Made by a program: the position numbers and the translations under genes. Shown one piece after another: positions 46,941 to 56,217 of a DNA stretch of 58,002 nucleotides. Within the stretch, counting starts at the first letter, position 1; the number at the start of each line of letters is the position of its first letter. The stretch is from a virus (Duplodnaviria; Caudoviricetes). The notes under the pieces are model-generated. The model was not told the DNA's origin. It made no database searches and saw only the letters and a program-made list of their open reading frames with translations. The stretch is taken from the IMG/VR virus record IMGVR_UViG_3300032322_001610, positions 1-58,002 of that record; one strand, given 5' to 3'.

Positions 46941-49387
46941 TTCCTGAGGTTCTTGATTTCCCATGCGATTTTCCAGCGGTAGGGCGGCTTGGTTTTGTAC
47001 TTGTTGACGAACTTCGCGAAGGCGTACCCTCTAGAATACGGGGTACCGTCGGACTTCGTCCGCGTGTGCTGCTGGTGCATCCACCAGTCGTAGTCCCGCT
47101 GGGCCTCGGGCGGCAGGGATTGCACAGCGATAGTGGGGTCGATGATCTGAAGTTCGCCGGGGCGTGATGCCGGCAACTGCTTGCGGACAGAGAAAACGTA
47201 CCCGCAAGCGCACGCGAGTTCGCTCGGGGGGCAGACCCGGAAGCACTCGGGGCAGACCTTGACGGTCTCCTCCTTGGGGAGGGCCTCGAATTTCTTCTTG
47301 GGCTTGTCGTCGGACAGCTCCCACTCCCGCGGGGTATCGACGAGGAGGTGGCGCTGCCAGCAGTTCCCGTGGTCGAGGATCAGGCAGTCGGTTTTGCCGG
47401 GGTGGGAGCGCAGGGCCCGTCCCGCCATCTGGAGGTAGAGGGAGAGGGACATCGTGGGGCGGGCGATGACGCAGCACGACACGCTCGGGCAGTCCCATCC
47501 CTCGGTGAGGACGGCGCAGTTGACGACGACCTGGGTCCTGCCGGAGGCCAGACGGGCGAGGATGCCCTCGCGAGTGGGGCGGGCAGTGGTGCCATCGAGG
47601 TGCTCGGCGGCGACTCCGGCCTTGCGAAACTGCTCGGTGATCGCCTGCGAGTGCTTGACGCTGACCGCGAAGACGACGGTGACCCGGTCGGAGGCGTGCT
47701 TGCGCCACTGCTCGACGACGTCGCCGACGAGTTGGGCAGTGTTCATGCGGGACTCGAGTTCGTCGGTCTTGTAGTCGCCCGCGGATTTCCCGATGCCCGC
47801 AAGGTCCACGCCGACGCAGCCGTAGGTGATGGGCGGGACGAGGTAGCCGAGCTGGATGAGGTCCCCGATCTGCGGGCACTGGACCATCGTGTGAAAGAGA
47901 TTCCCGCCGAGGCCCCGGCCATCGGTACGGACTGGGGTAGCGGTGAGCCCGATGACGACCGGGTTGCCGCACTGCCGGAGGACCTCTTGGTACGACTCGC
48001 CGCGGGCGCGGTGGCACTCGTCGATGATGACGATATTTGGGGTCCAGGGGAGATCGCGCCGGATGATGGTCTGGACGGATCCGACCTGCACGGGGAGGCG
48101 AGGCCGGTCGCGCCAGTGGTTCGCCATGATGACCCCATGGGGAACGCCGGCTCCGTCGAGGCGGGCGCTGGCCTGGTCGATGAGTTCCTTGCGGTGAGCG
48201 AGGAAGAGGATGCGGTTACCCTTGGCGATGGCGGATTCGATGAGGGCGGCGGCGATAGTGGTGTTATGGGTGACAGTAAAATCGCCCAGCATGAATAGGC
48301 GATCTGGACCGCTAAGCGTGAATCCAAAGTACTCTCCTATGCCGATATCCTCAACTGAAAAACCTACATTTAGGGCATCCTTTATTTGACCCCTAGCTTT
48401 GGCTTGCTTGCGCGGAACGATGCAGGGGATGTCCTGTAAGTGCCCTGAAATTGTAATCCGATAAGCCAGGGAGTACTTATTGACGGCCTTGGCGGCGTAG
48501 GCAGCCATCCCAAGTGATCGACATAGATACAGAATGTCGTCGCAGAGCCTTTTCGATACCGTCGATATTTCGTAGTAGTTTTTCGTTAGATGTCCGTCAG
48601 TGTCAAGCAACCCGGCCAATAAAGATAGCCTTGTCGCTCGGTCGTTCTGCAGGTACTCTTGCGGAATGTGTTTATTATTTAGAACGCCAAGGTGGTCTAG
48701 CTTTCGATGGATGGATTTGTTGTTTACCTGATCTCCCCCGCGCTTTCCTGTGATACTGTGAATGACCGCCTTGCTTCTGGTGTCCTGGTAAAGCTTGCAC
48801 GTGCACCCGTTGATCTCAGCGAAGGCTTTAAGGTATTCAGTTAGCTCTGGCTCTATGTTAGTGATACGGGCACTGGCCGAATGCCCATCACCTAGCCAGA
48901 CGCCTAGGAAGTACGGGTCAATTGGAACCTCTCGCGCCTGGAAACTAACCCCTCGCCTGTAAAGCTTAAGGATGTGCTTCTTTGTGCGATTTAATGCAAG
49001 GTATTCACGAACGGACATGTTGTAGACGCCACCCTTCACTAGGCCGCAGTCTGTATGGTTAGAGATTAATGACAGGACATGCGATTCGTTGCAGGTCCAC
49101 GCTTCCCCCTTCTTTGGGCTTACTCGGTACATTCGTTCCGTGCCATTGCAAATAGACGTTACACGCCTTGGAAGTGAGTCTGGTCCCATCACTGCGTCGC
49201 CAATGGTCACGCCCTCTACTGGCTTTGTAGATCCATCTGCCATGAGTACTGGTGTGCCTTTCCCGAGACACTTCCCGGCGCCCGTGGGGGCGACGAGCAG
49301 GATGCGCCGGATTCCGTCCCGGATGGCCTGCCGGATCTGGTCGAGGGCGATGGCCTGGAAGGGCCGGAGGATGATGGGGGAGTTCAC
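46928..49387 (-). CDS. SF2 DExH helicase (RadD/YejH-like) with C-terminal Zn finger, intein-interrupted
   Basis: LRPFQ, APTGAGK|T, DECH, TAT, LTEGWD, QMAGRALR, CPEC..CACG; GTG 49387 overlaps VRR-NUC stop. Confidence 0.92.
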   Translation of the reverse strand: MNSPIILRPFQAIALDQIRQAIRDGIRRILLVAPTGAGKCLGKGTPVLMADGSTKPVEGVTIGDAVMGPDSLPRRVTSICNGTERMYRVSPKKGEAWTCNESHVLSLISNHTDCGLVKGGVYNMSVREYLALNRTKKHILKLYRRGVSFQAREVPIDPYFLGVWLGDGHSASARITNIEPELTEYLKAFAEINGCTCKLYQDTRSKAVIHSITGKRGGDQVNNKSIHRKLDHLGVLNNKHIPQEYLQNDRATRLSLLAGLLDTDGHLTKNYYEISTVSKRLCDDILYLCRSLGMAAYAAKAVNKYSLAYRITISGHLQDIPCIVPRKQAKARGQIKDALNVGFSVEDIGIGEYFGFTLSGPDRLFMLGDFTVTHNTTIAAALIESAIAKGNRILFLAHRKELIDQASARLDGAGVPHGVIMANHWRDRPRLPVQVGSVQTIIRRDLPWTPNIVIIDECHRARGESYQEVLRQCGNPVVIGLTATPVRTDGRGLGGNLFHTMVQCPQIGDLIQLGYLVPPITYGCVGVDLAGIGKSAGDYKTDELESRMNTAQLVGDVVEQWRKHASDRVTVVFAVSVKHSQAITEQFRKAGVAAEHLDGTTARPTREGILARLASGRTQVVVNCAVLTEGWDCPSVSCCVIARPTMSLSLYLQMAGRALRSHPGKTDCLILDHGNCWQRHLLVDTPREWELSDDKPKKKFEALPKEETVKVCPECFRVCPPSELACACGYVFSVRKQLPASRPGELQIIDPTIAVQSLPPEAQRDYDWWMHQQHTRTKSDGTPYSRGYAFAKFVNKYKTKPPYRWKIAWEIKNLRKKTS
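48263..49270 (-). mobile_element. Intein (336 aa) with LAGLIDADG homing endonuclease
   Basis: CLGKGTPVLMADG start, VTHN end, +1 Thr; FLGVWLGDG and LLAGLLDTDG; lower GC than flanks. Confidence 0.95.
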
Positions 49388-49815
49388 GAGAGCAGCCCCC
49401 ACTCCGCGAACTTGCGTTCGAGTTCCTCCACTGAAGAGACCCAGCAGACACGGAACCCGCGGTGCTGGAGCACGGCCATGTACTCGCGCTGGATCTTCCG
49501 GGGGCGCTCGCGGGGCCGCTTGACCTCGACCCAGACCGGTGGATGCTCCGGGTGGAGGAACAGCCAGTCGGGCATGCCTGGGTCGTTGATGCGCTGCGGC
49601 CGGCCGTCGCGGGTGTAGTAGACCCCAACGTGATTCCGGTGGCACCGCCACCCCCGGTCGATGGCCCACCGTAGGATGTAACGGGTGACCTCGGCTTCGG
49701 AGGGGAGGTGGGTAGTGGGAGGGTCGGGGGAAGCCGGCTCAGACGCCGGCTCAGAAGAAGGCTCAGAAGAAGGCTCAGAAGAAGGCCCAGAAGAAGGCCC
49801 AGAAGAAGGCTTCAT
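49384..49815 (-). CDS. VRR-NUC nuclease with repetitive N-terminus
   Basis: E, GMPD, VEVK, Q motifs; (PSSE/G)n start. Confidence 0.85.
   Translation of the reverse strand: MKPSSGPSSGPSSEPSSEPSSEPASEPASPDPPTTHLPSEAEVTRYILRWAIDRGWRCHRNHVGVYYTRDGRPQRINDPGMPDWLFLHPEHPPVWVEVKRPRERPRKIQREYMAVLQHRGFRVCWVSSVEELERKFAEWGLLS
49733..49810. repeat. 12-bp tandem repeat (~6.5 units)
   Basis: GAAGGC(T/C)CAGAA units. Confidence 0.85.
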
Positions 49816-49991
49816 ATCTCCCTCGCGAGCGTGGCTGCCGCGACAGCGATGAGGATCAACTCCACGGTTGCCAGGAAGACGAAGACACAGACCTCGAGGG
49901 AGCTGAGTTCCTTGGTAATCAGGATGTAGACGTGACTCGCGCCGGCAACGGCGGAGAGGACGCAGAGGAGGAGTAGGTAGATCATTTTCAT
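49812..49991 (-). CDS. 59-aa two-TM membrane protein (not in ORF track)
   Basis: MKMIYLLLLCVLSAVAG...VCVFVFLATVELILIAVAAA; ATGA overlap. Confidence 0.6.
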   Translation of the reverse strand: MKMIYLLLLCVLSAVAGASHVYILITKELSSLEVCVFVFLATVELILIAVAAATLAREI

Positions 49992-49995
49992 GGGG

Positions 49996-50301
49996 TTACA
50001 CGTCAGCTTCTTCGAGGATCTTCATGAGTTCGGCGTGGGTGGCGGAATCGTTGACATTGATGATTGTCTCTGACAACAGAATTGCATTCTCAGGATCAAT
50101 TTCTGGGTCAATGACGCGAAGTATTTTTTTACGTGCTTCTTTCTTTTCTTCAAAGTCCGGGTAGCACTTCTCTATCCCTCCTGCAATGCACCAGCAGATT
50201 GCTTGCTCGTCCCTGGGATGTATTTGATAGCCCCATTTATCTCTGGAAAAACTTCGTTTTGTCCATCGCGCCGGATCAGCCAGCAACTCTTTCACTTTCA
50301 T
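49996..50301 (-). CDS. Hypothetical protein (DUF6197-like)
   Basis: RWTK..F.RD, CWCIAGG, ND..THAE. Confidence 0.7.
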   Translation of the reverse strand: MKVKELLADPARWTKRSFSRDKWGYQIHPRDEQAICWCIAGGIEKCYPDFEEKKEARKKILRVIDPEIDPENAILLSETIINVNDSATHAELMKILEEADV

Positions 50302-50496
50302 AATTTCTCCTTCAGAACTGCGGTTATCTTGATTCCTCGATTGCCTGATGGCTGCTGAAACGGCTCTGCTTTTATATGGCAGTCGTCCCAGGATCCCCAC
50401 CATTCGTTCACGCTCAACCTGAAATCGCCTTTGATTTTTTTGAGGATTGCGCCAGGATGCTCTATTTCTTGCGCCAATAGATTGAGCATGGAAGAC

Positions 50497-50760
50497 TCAT
50501 TCAGCGAGATGTGGAGGATGCGTTGCATCGGCCTCCTCCCAGGTTGGGCAGTTGGTGTCATCGCTATACGCAGGGACAGAAGGCTGTGACAGCAAGAAAG
50601 CATCCTCGAATAGACTAATCACCGCCAATGGCAGGGCGGGAATAGGGAATTCGCAAATTCCAGCGCCACCATCCCTCGTAACTCGATACCTATCGAACCA
50701 CTTGCACGTCCCGCACTTCTTCTCAGGTGCTTCAGAAACCTCCATGCAATCAGCTTTCAT
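50497..50760 (-). CDS. Cys-rich hypothetical protein
   Basis: CGTCKW...CEFP.P.LP...TNCPTWEE. Confidence 0.7.
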   Translation of the reverse strand: MKADCMEVSEAPEKKCGTCKWFDRYRVTRDGGAGICEFPIPALPLAVISLFEDAFLLSQPSVPAYSDDTNCPTWEEADATHPPHLAE

Positions 50761-51209
50761 CTCATCCCCCGTGAGCAGCGAAGTGCCGTCAGCGCCCTTC
50801 GATATTCATTCTCTTCGACTGAGATCTCGGCTTTGGCATCTGCGTAGGCCAAGGCGGCACCAAGGAACTGACGCTCGGCTTTCGCCGCCTCGACGTAATC
50901 GTGCGGCTCGACGGCCAACGCCTGATCTATATTCTCAAGAGCAAGGAGCGAGTTGTACCGCACACAACCATCCGATTGGGGAAGTTCTTTCCCGTCGCCA
51001 ACAAGGTTGAACCGGATAGTCTTTAGAGCCGCTCGCAGCCGAAGTACCTCGCCAGCAAGGCCATCCCGGTGGGCAGACAGTTCGTGGATGGCCTCACGCG
51101 CTTGGATAAGCCGGTTCAGGTAGATCTCAACCTTGTTTTCATCGGCTCCCGCAATCCCAGCATCGCATCTCTTCTCACACATGAGGCGACTCCACGGAGA
51201 CAAATTCAT
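50757..51209 (-). CDS. Hypothetical protein
   Basis: 150-aa ORF in operon. Confidence 0.6.
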   Translation of the reverse strand: MNLSPWSRLMCEKRCDAGIAGADENKVEIYLNRLIQAREAIHELSAHRDGLAGEVLRLRAALKTIRFNLVGDGKELPQSDGCVRYNSLLALENIDQALAVEPHDYVEAAKAERQFLGAALAYADAKAEISVEENEYRRALTALRCSRGMR

Positions 51210-51666
51210 CCTTCTCCTCCCAGGTCGGGCAGTTGGTTGCTGCTAGATCAGGAGTCCATAGATAGACAAGCTGATCCGTGATTACCAACGGCAGCGGAGG
51301 CAGGGGGAATTTGCAATTCGCCCAAGGGACTTCGGGACCCTCGTACCACTTGCACGTCAGGCATGTTCTCTGGGGATTTACCTGTACCTCATCTTTTAGT
51401 GATTCGGTAATTGCGGCCGGCCGCTCTTTCGTCGCCTGGGCTCGCGTCTTTGGAAACAACTTTTCAGCAACCTCTTCGGGGGTGCCGAGAACGATGTAGC
51501 CTCGAGAGCTGTCCCCAGCCATGCCAATCTCAACCCATCCAGCGACAACCTGCGAAACAAACTGACCGGCGTCAATGTCCACTTCCATTCGATATCCCAC
51601 CGAATCAACATAGTCCGGGTTGATCCAGATCGGTGGGCGGTCAACCTGCTCAAATTTCACTGGCAT
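51175..51666 (-). CDS. FlbD-like domain fused to Cys-rich domain
   Basis: MPVKFEQVD...WINPD...PEEVAEKL + CLTCKW...TNCPTWEE. Confidence 0.7.
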   Translation of the reverse strand: MPVKFEQVDRPPIWINPDYVDSVGYRMEVDIDAGQFVSQVVAGWVEIGMAGDSSRGYIVLGTPEEVAEKLFPKTRAQATKERPAAITESLKDEVQVNPQRTCLTCKWYEGPEVPWANCKFPLPPLPLVITDQLVYLWTPDLAATNCPTWEEKDEFVSVESPHV

Positions 51667-51898
51667 TGCGTTTCTCCTTTTCTTCTCTCTTCTTCTTCCG
51701 CGTCTTTGGAAACAACTTTTCAGCAACCTCTTCGGGGGGATTAGTTACAGTAATCCCTACGCCACTCACCATTATTACGGTCTTGCAAGCTGAAACAGCC
51801 TCACCGTTCATGTACTCCGTAAGGCGGCGCACTACCAAAACGTGGTCCGGGTTTATCCAAATCTCTTGACCATCAACCTGCTCAAATTTCACTAGCAT
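51650..51898 (-). CDS. FlbD-like small protein
   Basis: MLVKFEQVDGQEIWINPDHV...T.I.MVSG..ITV...PEEVAEKL. Confidence 0.7.
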   Translation of the reverse strand: MLVKFEQVDGQEIWINPDHVLVVRRLTEYMNGEAVSACKTVIMVSGVGITVTNPPEEVAEKLFPKTRKKKREEKEKRNASEI

Positions 51899-52185
51899 CA
51901 CTTCCCTCCCCGCAGCGATTCCTTCACCCGAAACAGCTCGTATTCCCGCCCCAGTTGGAAGGCGTAGACGAACATGCTGGCGCATTTGGTGAGATCGTCA
52001 AAGCGATCATCCTCGGCGAGCCCCTGGACGATCTCGCAGACGGCGTCATTATCGTTCGCCGCATTGGCGATCAGCTCGGCCTGGTCCTGCCCGTACAACT
52101 TCTCGGCGGCCAGCGGAGCCTGAGCGAAGAAGCGCTCCAGTTCATCTTTCGTGACGCTTTTAATCATGCAATCTCCTTGGTTCAT
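51898..52185 (-). CDS. Hypothetical protein
   Basis: ORF in operon. Confidence 0.6.
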   Translation of the reverse strand: MNQGDCMIKSVTKDELERFFAQAPLAAEKLYGQDQAELIANAANDNDAVCEIVQGLAEDDRFDDLTKCASMFVYAFQLGREYELFRVKESLRGGK

Positions 52186-52199
52186 CTTTCGTTACTTCG

Positions 52200-52460
52200 T
52201 TAATCATGTAATCTCCTCAGTTTTGTCTGTAGTTCGATTAGGATTTCTGCTCGCATATCCACGTCCCGGACATCCTCGCGGAGCCGGTTCAGGGCCTGTG
52301 GCGACCAATCGATTTTCCAACGCTGGATCCGCACCATGCCGGCGATGATTTCGCGTTGCTGTTCGGCGATCCGGCGCTCGAGATACGGACGGGTGATCTC
52401 GTGCTCGGCTTGTGCTGTCTGGGCATCCTCGGGTGTCTTGCGGCGCACGTAAATGCTCAT
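52200..52460 (-). CDS. Hypothetical protein
   Basis: ATGA-coupled ORF. Confidence 0.6.
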   Translation of the reverse strand: MSIYVRRKTPEDAQTAQAEHEITRPYLERRIAEQQREIIAGMVRIQRWKIDWSPQALNRLREDVRDVDMRAEILIELQTKLRRLHD

Positions 52461-52769
52461 TTCACCACCCCCCGCGCCTTGTCAATGGCGGTGTTGCGGT
52501 CGGGGTCCGGGACATGCCGCTTATAGGCTTCCTCGTACCAGATTACGTCCCACTTCTGAGTCAGCGTGCACCACGACACCGCAGCGTACATCTCCTCGCA
52601 CCACCGCGCTCGCTCGGAGTCGGCGTTGGCCGGTGCCATGTGGTGATCCACATACGCCCGCACGCTGTGCTGGTCGACGCCAGCCCGCGCTAGGTGGTGG
52701 TGTCCTTCGAGCGCCTCGGCGATCAGCCAGGTCAAACGGGCAGAGTCGCGCTTCAAGTCTTCGATTTCG

Positions 52770-53759
52770 TTAGTCACTATCGACCTCCTCGAACATGTCA
52801 ATCTGACGATCGTCATCGTCGAAGTCGATGCCAACCTTCGCCGACGCTAGGTTTTTAATCGCTTGCCGGTAGTAGCTGTCCTTCAGTTCCGCGCCGATAG
52901 CCTTGCGACCATTAATCAGCGCTCCGTAGCACTCACTGCCGACTCCCATAAACGGAGTCAGCACGACTTCGCCAGGATTGGTCCTAAGAACTACCGTACG
53001 TTCAATCACGTCCAGTTGCAGCGGGTGCATGTGGCGCTCGTCCTCGCTTTCGCGTGCTTCGCGGTATGGCAGTACTCGCTCTAGTCGAACGTCATCCCAA
53101 AATGCTGATGCGTATTGTCGCCAAATCCAATGACTAAACCTGTTTTCGATCTGATTACCTTTCCACCCACGGTACTGAATCAATTCGGACGGTATCGGCC
53201 GCGATCCGGCGTATCGCATGAGACCTTGAGCATGAGTGACAGGGATAGGGTTCTCTCCCTTCTTGCGAAACAACAAAACGTAGTCGGCCCCGGCTGCGTC
53301 GCAAAGAGTGGAATCCTCGACCATTTGCCGATGCGCCAGCCCCTTCGCCATGGTACGGTTGCGAACCTCCAGCGGCTCCTTCCAGACGTGGTATCTGGCG
53401 GCATATGACCATCCGTGCTTTTTGTGGGCACGAATAATGTCGCCGGTAAAGTCAATAAGGTCCCCTCCGACATTGGCCCCATTGTCTGGCACGTCCATGC
53501 AGTGGACAGCCGTGCATCGGCCAGGTATGGTCAACCGTCCGATCTCATCAATAACGTGGTCGTAATGAGCAAAAAACTCCTCATAACTCCGACAGTTGGA
53601 CAAGTCCCTGTCGCTCGATGAGTAGTGGTAGAGTCCGCAAAAAGGCGGCGAGTACACTGAAAGATGGATCGACTGAGGCTTTAGCCCTCCCATTACCTCA
53701 ATGCAATCGCCATTGTATGCGGCGTAGTTCTGCGTTATTACCTGATCGTTTACAGCCAT
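52770..53759 (-). CDS. N4-C/N6-A DNA methyltransferase (beta-class order)
   Basis: GDC, SPPF, H.HPLQ, PFMGVGS, GAELK.SY. Confidence 0.9.
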   Translation of the reverse strand: MAVNDQVITQNYAAYNGDCIEVMGGLKPQSIHLSVYSPPFCGLYHYSSSDRDLSNCRSYEEFFAHYDHVIDEIGRLTIPGRCTAVHCMDVPDNGANVGGDLIDFTGDIIRAHKKHGWSYAARYHVWKEPLEVRNRTMAKGLAHRQMVEDSTLCDAAGADYVLLFRKKGENPIPVTHAQGLMRYAGSRPIPSELIQYRGWKGNQIENRFSHWIWRQYASAFWDDVRLERVLPYREARESEDERHMHPLQLDVIERTVVLRTNPGEVVLTPFMGVGSECYGALINGRKAIGAELKDSYYRQAIKNLASAKVGIDFDDDDRQIDMFEEVDSD

Positions 53760-55222
53760 TCTGGCACCTCCTGCTCCTTTTTGAATGTGGTGGATCTGTC
53801 GATTTTAAGTTCGTTGTTCATCAACTCGACCATATTGGCGAACATCTTTTCGGCCTGCGCGGCCTTGCGATTGAGATTAGCCAGCACTCCGGCCTCGCCT
53901 TCGCTTGATACCATGTCGATCACTACATCGCGCTTTTGTCCGAACCGCCAGCAACGCCGAACGCCTTGGTAAAACTGCTCAAACGAGTGAGATGGGAATG
54001 TCGCCTGGTGAGCGCATCGCTGCCAATTCAATCCATACCCTGCAATCTGGGGTTTTGTAATCAGGCGAGACAATTGCCCGCTTGAAAACGCAGTCAATAG
54101 CTCTTCCTTCTTTTCGTCGTCGTCAGCGCCTGAAATCTGCTCCGCGCCCTTGACCAGCTTTTTGAGAAGATCTCCCTCTGGGTTGAGATGGCACCACATT
54201 ACAGACGAGTCGTGCTCGCATACCAGTTCTGCGACCTTCTCGCATCGCTCTTTAATTGTGCGCCTACGCTCCTCTTTTTGCTCCGGCAAAGTCCTGGCCG
54301 GCGTATCGAACAATTGCCCCTCGCGGGCCCTTGAGGCGCGGATGACGTGCTCGCGCATTGTTAAGGCGGGGAGGTCAAACCCATCATCAGTAAACCCAAC
54401 GTCCGATGGACGGCGAACCGCCCGCGAAAACGAGACTACCCATCGCCAAAAGTCACGCTCTGCATAAGACCTAAGCCGGTACGTGTCGCGTCCCCAGGCC
54501 ACTCCTCCGGTGCCATTTTCGCGCTTGAAGAATTTTGAGAGCATATCGTAGTAGCCCATGTAGCCAAGCGCTTCAGCCGAGGTCCCCAACTCCATATAGT
54601 CATTTGGCGCGGCCGTTGCCGTGCATAGCAGCCGATACGGAACAGTTCGCATGAACTGAGTTACAGCCGCTTTTGTCGCTCCGTCGAAGTTTTTCAGGAT
54701 CGACGACTCATCGCAGATTACCGCCCCAAAGTCATCTGGATCGAACTTCTCCAGCCTCTGGTAGTTTGTTACCACTACCGATGCCGTGCCTGGCAACTCG
54801 CCTTGTTTTGATCGAAAAGCTTCAATTCCAAACTTTTCGGATTCGGTGATTGTTTGCCCCGCAACGGCAAGCGGAGTCAACACGAGCGAATGCTTTCCGG
54901 TATGCCTACATGCGTTGTCGGCAAACGTCAGCTGCATCAACGTCTTTCCCAACCCGCAATCCGCAAACAGCGCGGCCCTCCCTTTTCGACATGACCACTC
55001 AATTAGTGATCGCTGAAAGCCAAACGCCATCGACGGAATAAATCTTGCGGCGAATCCGTCAGAACATCCCAAATCGGCTTTTGTTGCCAAAAAATGCTTG
55101 TAATCTCCCATCTCCATCAAATACTCCTCTGCGAACCAATCATTCATCCCCAGACGCGCCCCCGCGTCCTCGTAATTCGCCGCGCAGCGCAGTTGCTCGG
55201 CGCGGCAGTGGGCAATCGTCAT
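53750..55222 (-). CDS. SNF2-like helicase (start may be internal MGDY)
   Basis: ADCGLGKT, DESS, TATAAPND, GYGLNWQ, QGVRRCWRFGQ. Confidence 0.88.
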   Translation of the reverse strand: MTIAHCRAEQLRCAANYEDAGARLGMNDWFAEEYLMEMGDYKHFLATKADLGCSDGFAARFIPSMAFGFQRSLIEWSCRKGRAALFADCGLGKTLMQLTFADNACRHTGKHSLVLTPLAVAGQTITESEKFGIEAFRSKQGELPGTASVVVTNYQRLEKFDPDDFGAVICDESSILKNFDGATKAAVTQFMRTVPYRLLCTATAAPNDYMELGTSAEALGYMGYYDMLSKFFKRENGTGGVAWGRDTYRLRSYAERDFWRWVVSFSRAVRRPSDVGFTDDGFDLPALTMREHVIRASRAREGQLFDTPARTLPEQKEERRRTIKERCEKVAELVCEHDSSVMWCHLNPEGDLLKKLVKGAEQISGADDDEKKEELLTAFSSGQLSRLITKPQIAGYGLNWQRCAHQATFPSHSFEQFYQGVRRCWRFGQKRDVVIDMVSSEGEAGVLANLNRKAAQAEKMFANMVELMNNELKIDRSTTFKKEQEVPEWL

Positions 55223-56217
55223 GCAACATCCATATACGCCCTGATAAATTCAGCGGCCACTTGGGGCACTATGGCGTTACCGAATCCGCGGAGCGTTCCC
55301 GTCCGCGAGTACCAGTGCTCTTGACCGGCGCGGCGAATAGCCACTCGACCGGATACCCCATGAGCCAACGGGAAAAGTCCGGATTGAGTGCGCCGCGCTT
55401 TTCCGTCGAGGCAGTGGAGGATGTCGAAGTCGGACCATGCGCAGTGACCTGCCGCGACAAGTTCGGCGTCTTGTCGTAGGTGTTGTTCTCGCTGCCCGTC
55501 TCGCTCTTCCAGTCGCGAGCGTTGGGCGTAGTCCAGCCGGAGAGGTAAGCCTGATTTACCAAACTGCCATTTCGATTCGCCTGCGCCGGTGAAAGCGTTG
55601 CGTGCGCCGCATCCTGCTTTGTTGGGGAAAGCCAGCCCACCAGCCGCGCCACCGCCGTCAGCGTATCCGCTACGCCTCGACTGATCCGCGCCCCACTGCT
55701 CTCCGCATGCTCGCTCCGGGCAGTCGGCCACCCAGAACAATCGCTGTCGGATATGGGGCGCCCCGACGCCCGCAGCGCAAAGCTCCGCAAACCCCAGCCG
55801 GTACGAATCTTCCTCCACGTCAGCTTGTACTCCAGAGAGCCATCGCAATCCAGCCGCTCCCGCAACCTGCTCACCAAAGACGACGTTAGGGCGGCACTGG
55901 GCGATGAGTTTCCGAAACGCAGGCCAGAGGTGGCGCGGGTCGTCTTCGCCGAGGCCCTTCCCGGCAACGGAGAATGGCTGGCAGGGGCAACTGCCGGTCC
56001 AGACTGGCTCATCGTCGGGCCATTCGGCGAGACGCAGGGCAAGCGGCCATCCGCCGATTCCGGCGAAGAAATGGCATTGGGTGTATCGAATAAGGTCGTC
56101 TGCATTCAGGTTCTCGATGGGGGTTTCGTTCACGTCGCCGGGCGGGATTTCCCCGGCATTGATCAGGCCGCGGAGCCACTGCGCGGCGTAGGGGTCGATT
56201 TCGTTGTAGAGGTTCAC
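55219..56217 (-). CDS. C5-cytosine DNA methyltransferase, alpha chain
   Basis: FFAGIGG, GSCPCQPFS, GEQV, PHIRQRLFW, GFGNAIVPQVA. Confidence 0.92.
   Translation of the reverse strand: MNLYNEIDPYAAQWLRGLINAGEIPPGDVNETPIENLNADDLIRYTQCHFFAGIGGWPLALRLAEWPDDEPVWTGSCPCQPFSVAGKGLGEDDPRHLWPAFRKLIAQCRPNVVFGEQVAGAAGLRWLSGVQADVEEDSYRLGFAELCAAGVGAPHIRQRLFWVADCPERACGEQWGADQSRRSGYADGGGAAGGLAFPNKAGCGARNAFTGAGESKWQFGKSGLPLRLDYAQRSRLEERDGQREQHLRQDAELVAAGHCAWSDFDILHCLDGKARRTQSGLFPLAHGVSGRVAIRRAGQEHWYSRTGTLRGFGNAIVPQVAAEFIRAYMDVA
55269..56105 (-). CDS. Nested alternative-frame methyltransferase beta chain
   Basis: 278-aa ORF inside MTase gene; W.TP.ARDWK-type repeats and LNPDFSRWLMGYPVEW (motif IX-like). Confidence 0.75.
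   Translation of the reverse strand: MQTTLFDTPNAISSPESADGRLPCVSPNGPTMSQSGPAVAPASHSPLPGRASAKTTRATSGLRFGNSSPSAALTSSLVSRLRERLDCDGSLEYKLTWRKIRTGWGLRSFALRASGRPISDSDCSGWPTARSEHAESSGARISRGVADTLTAVARLVGWLSPTKQDAAHATLSPAQANRNGSLVNQAYLSGWTTPNARDWKSETGSENNTYDKTPNLSRQVTAHGPTSTSSTASTEKRGALNPDFSRWLMGYPVEWLFAAPVKSTGTRGRERSADSVTP

Noticed and set aside
45823-48298. Long + strand ORFs opposite primase and helicase (also 7840-8835, 11586-12632, 16224-17339, 26115-27389, 32508-33692)
   Set aside because: Antisense shadows of GC3-biased genes; no motifs or start signals
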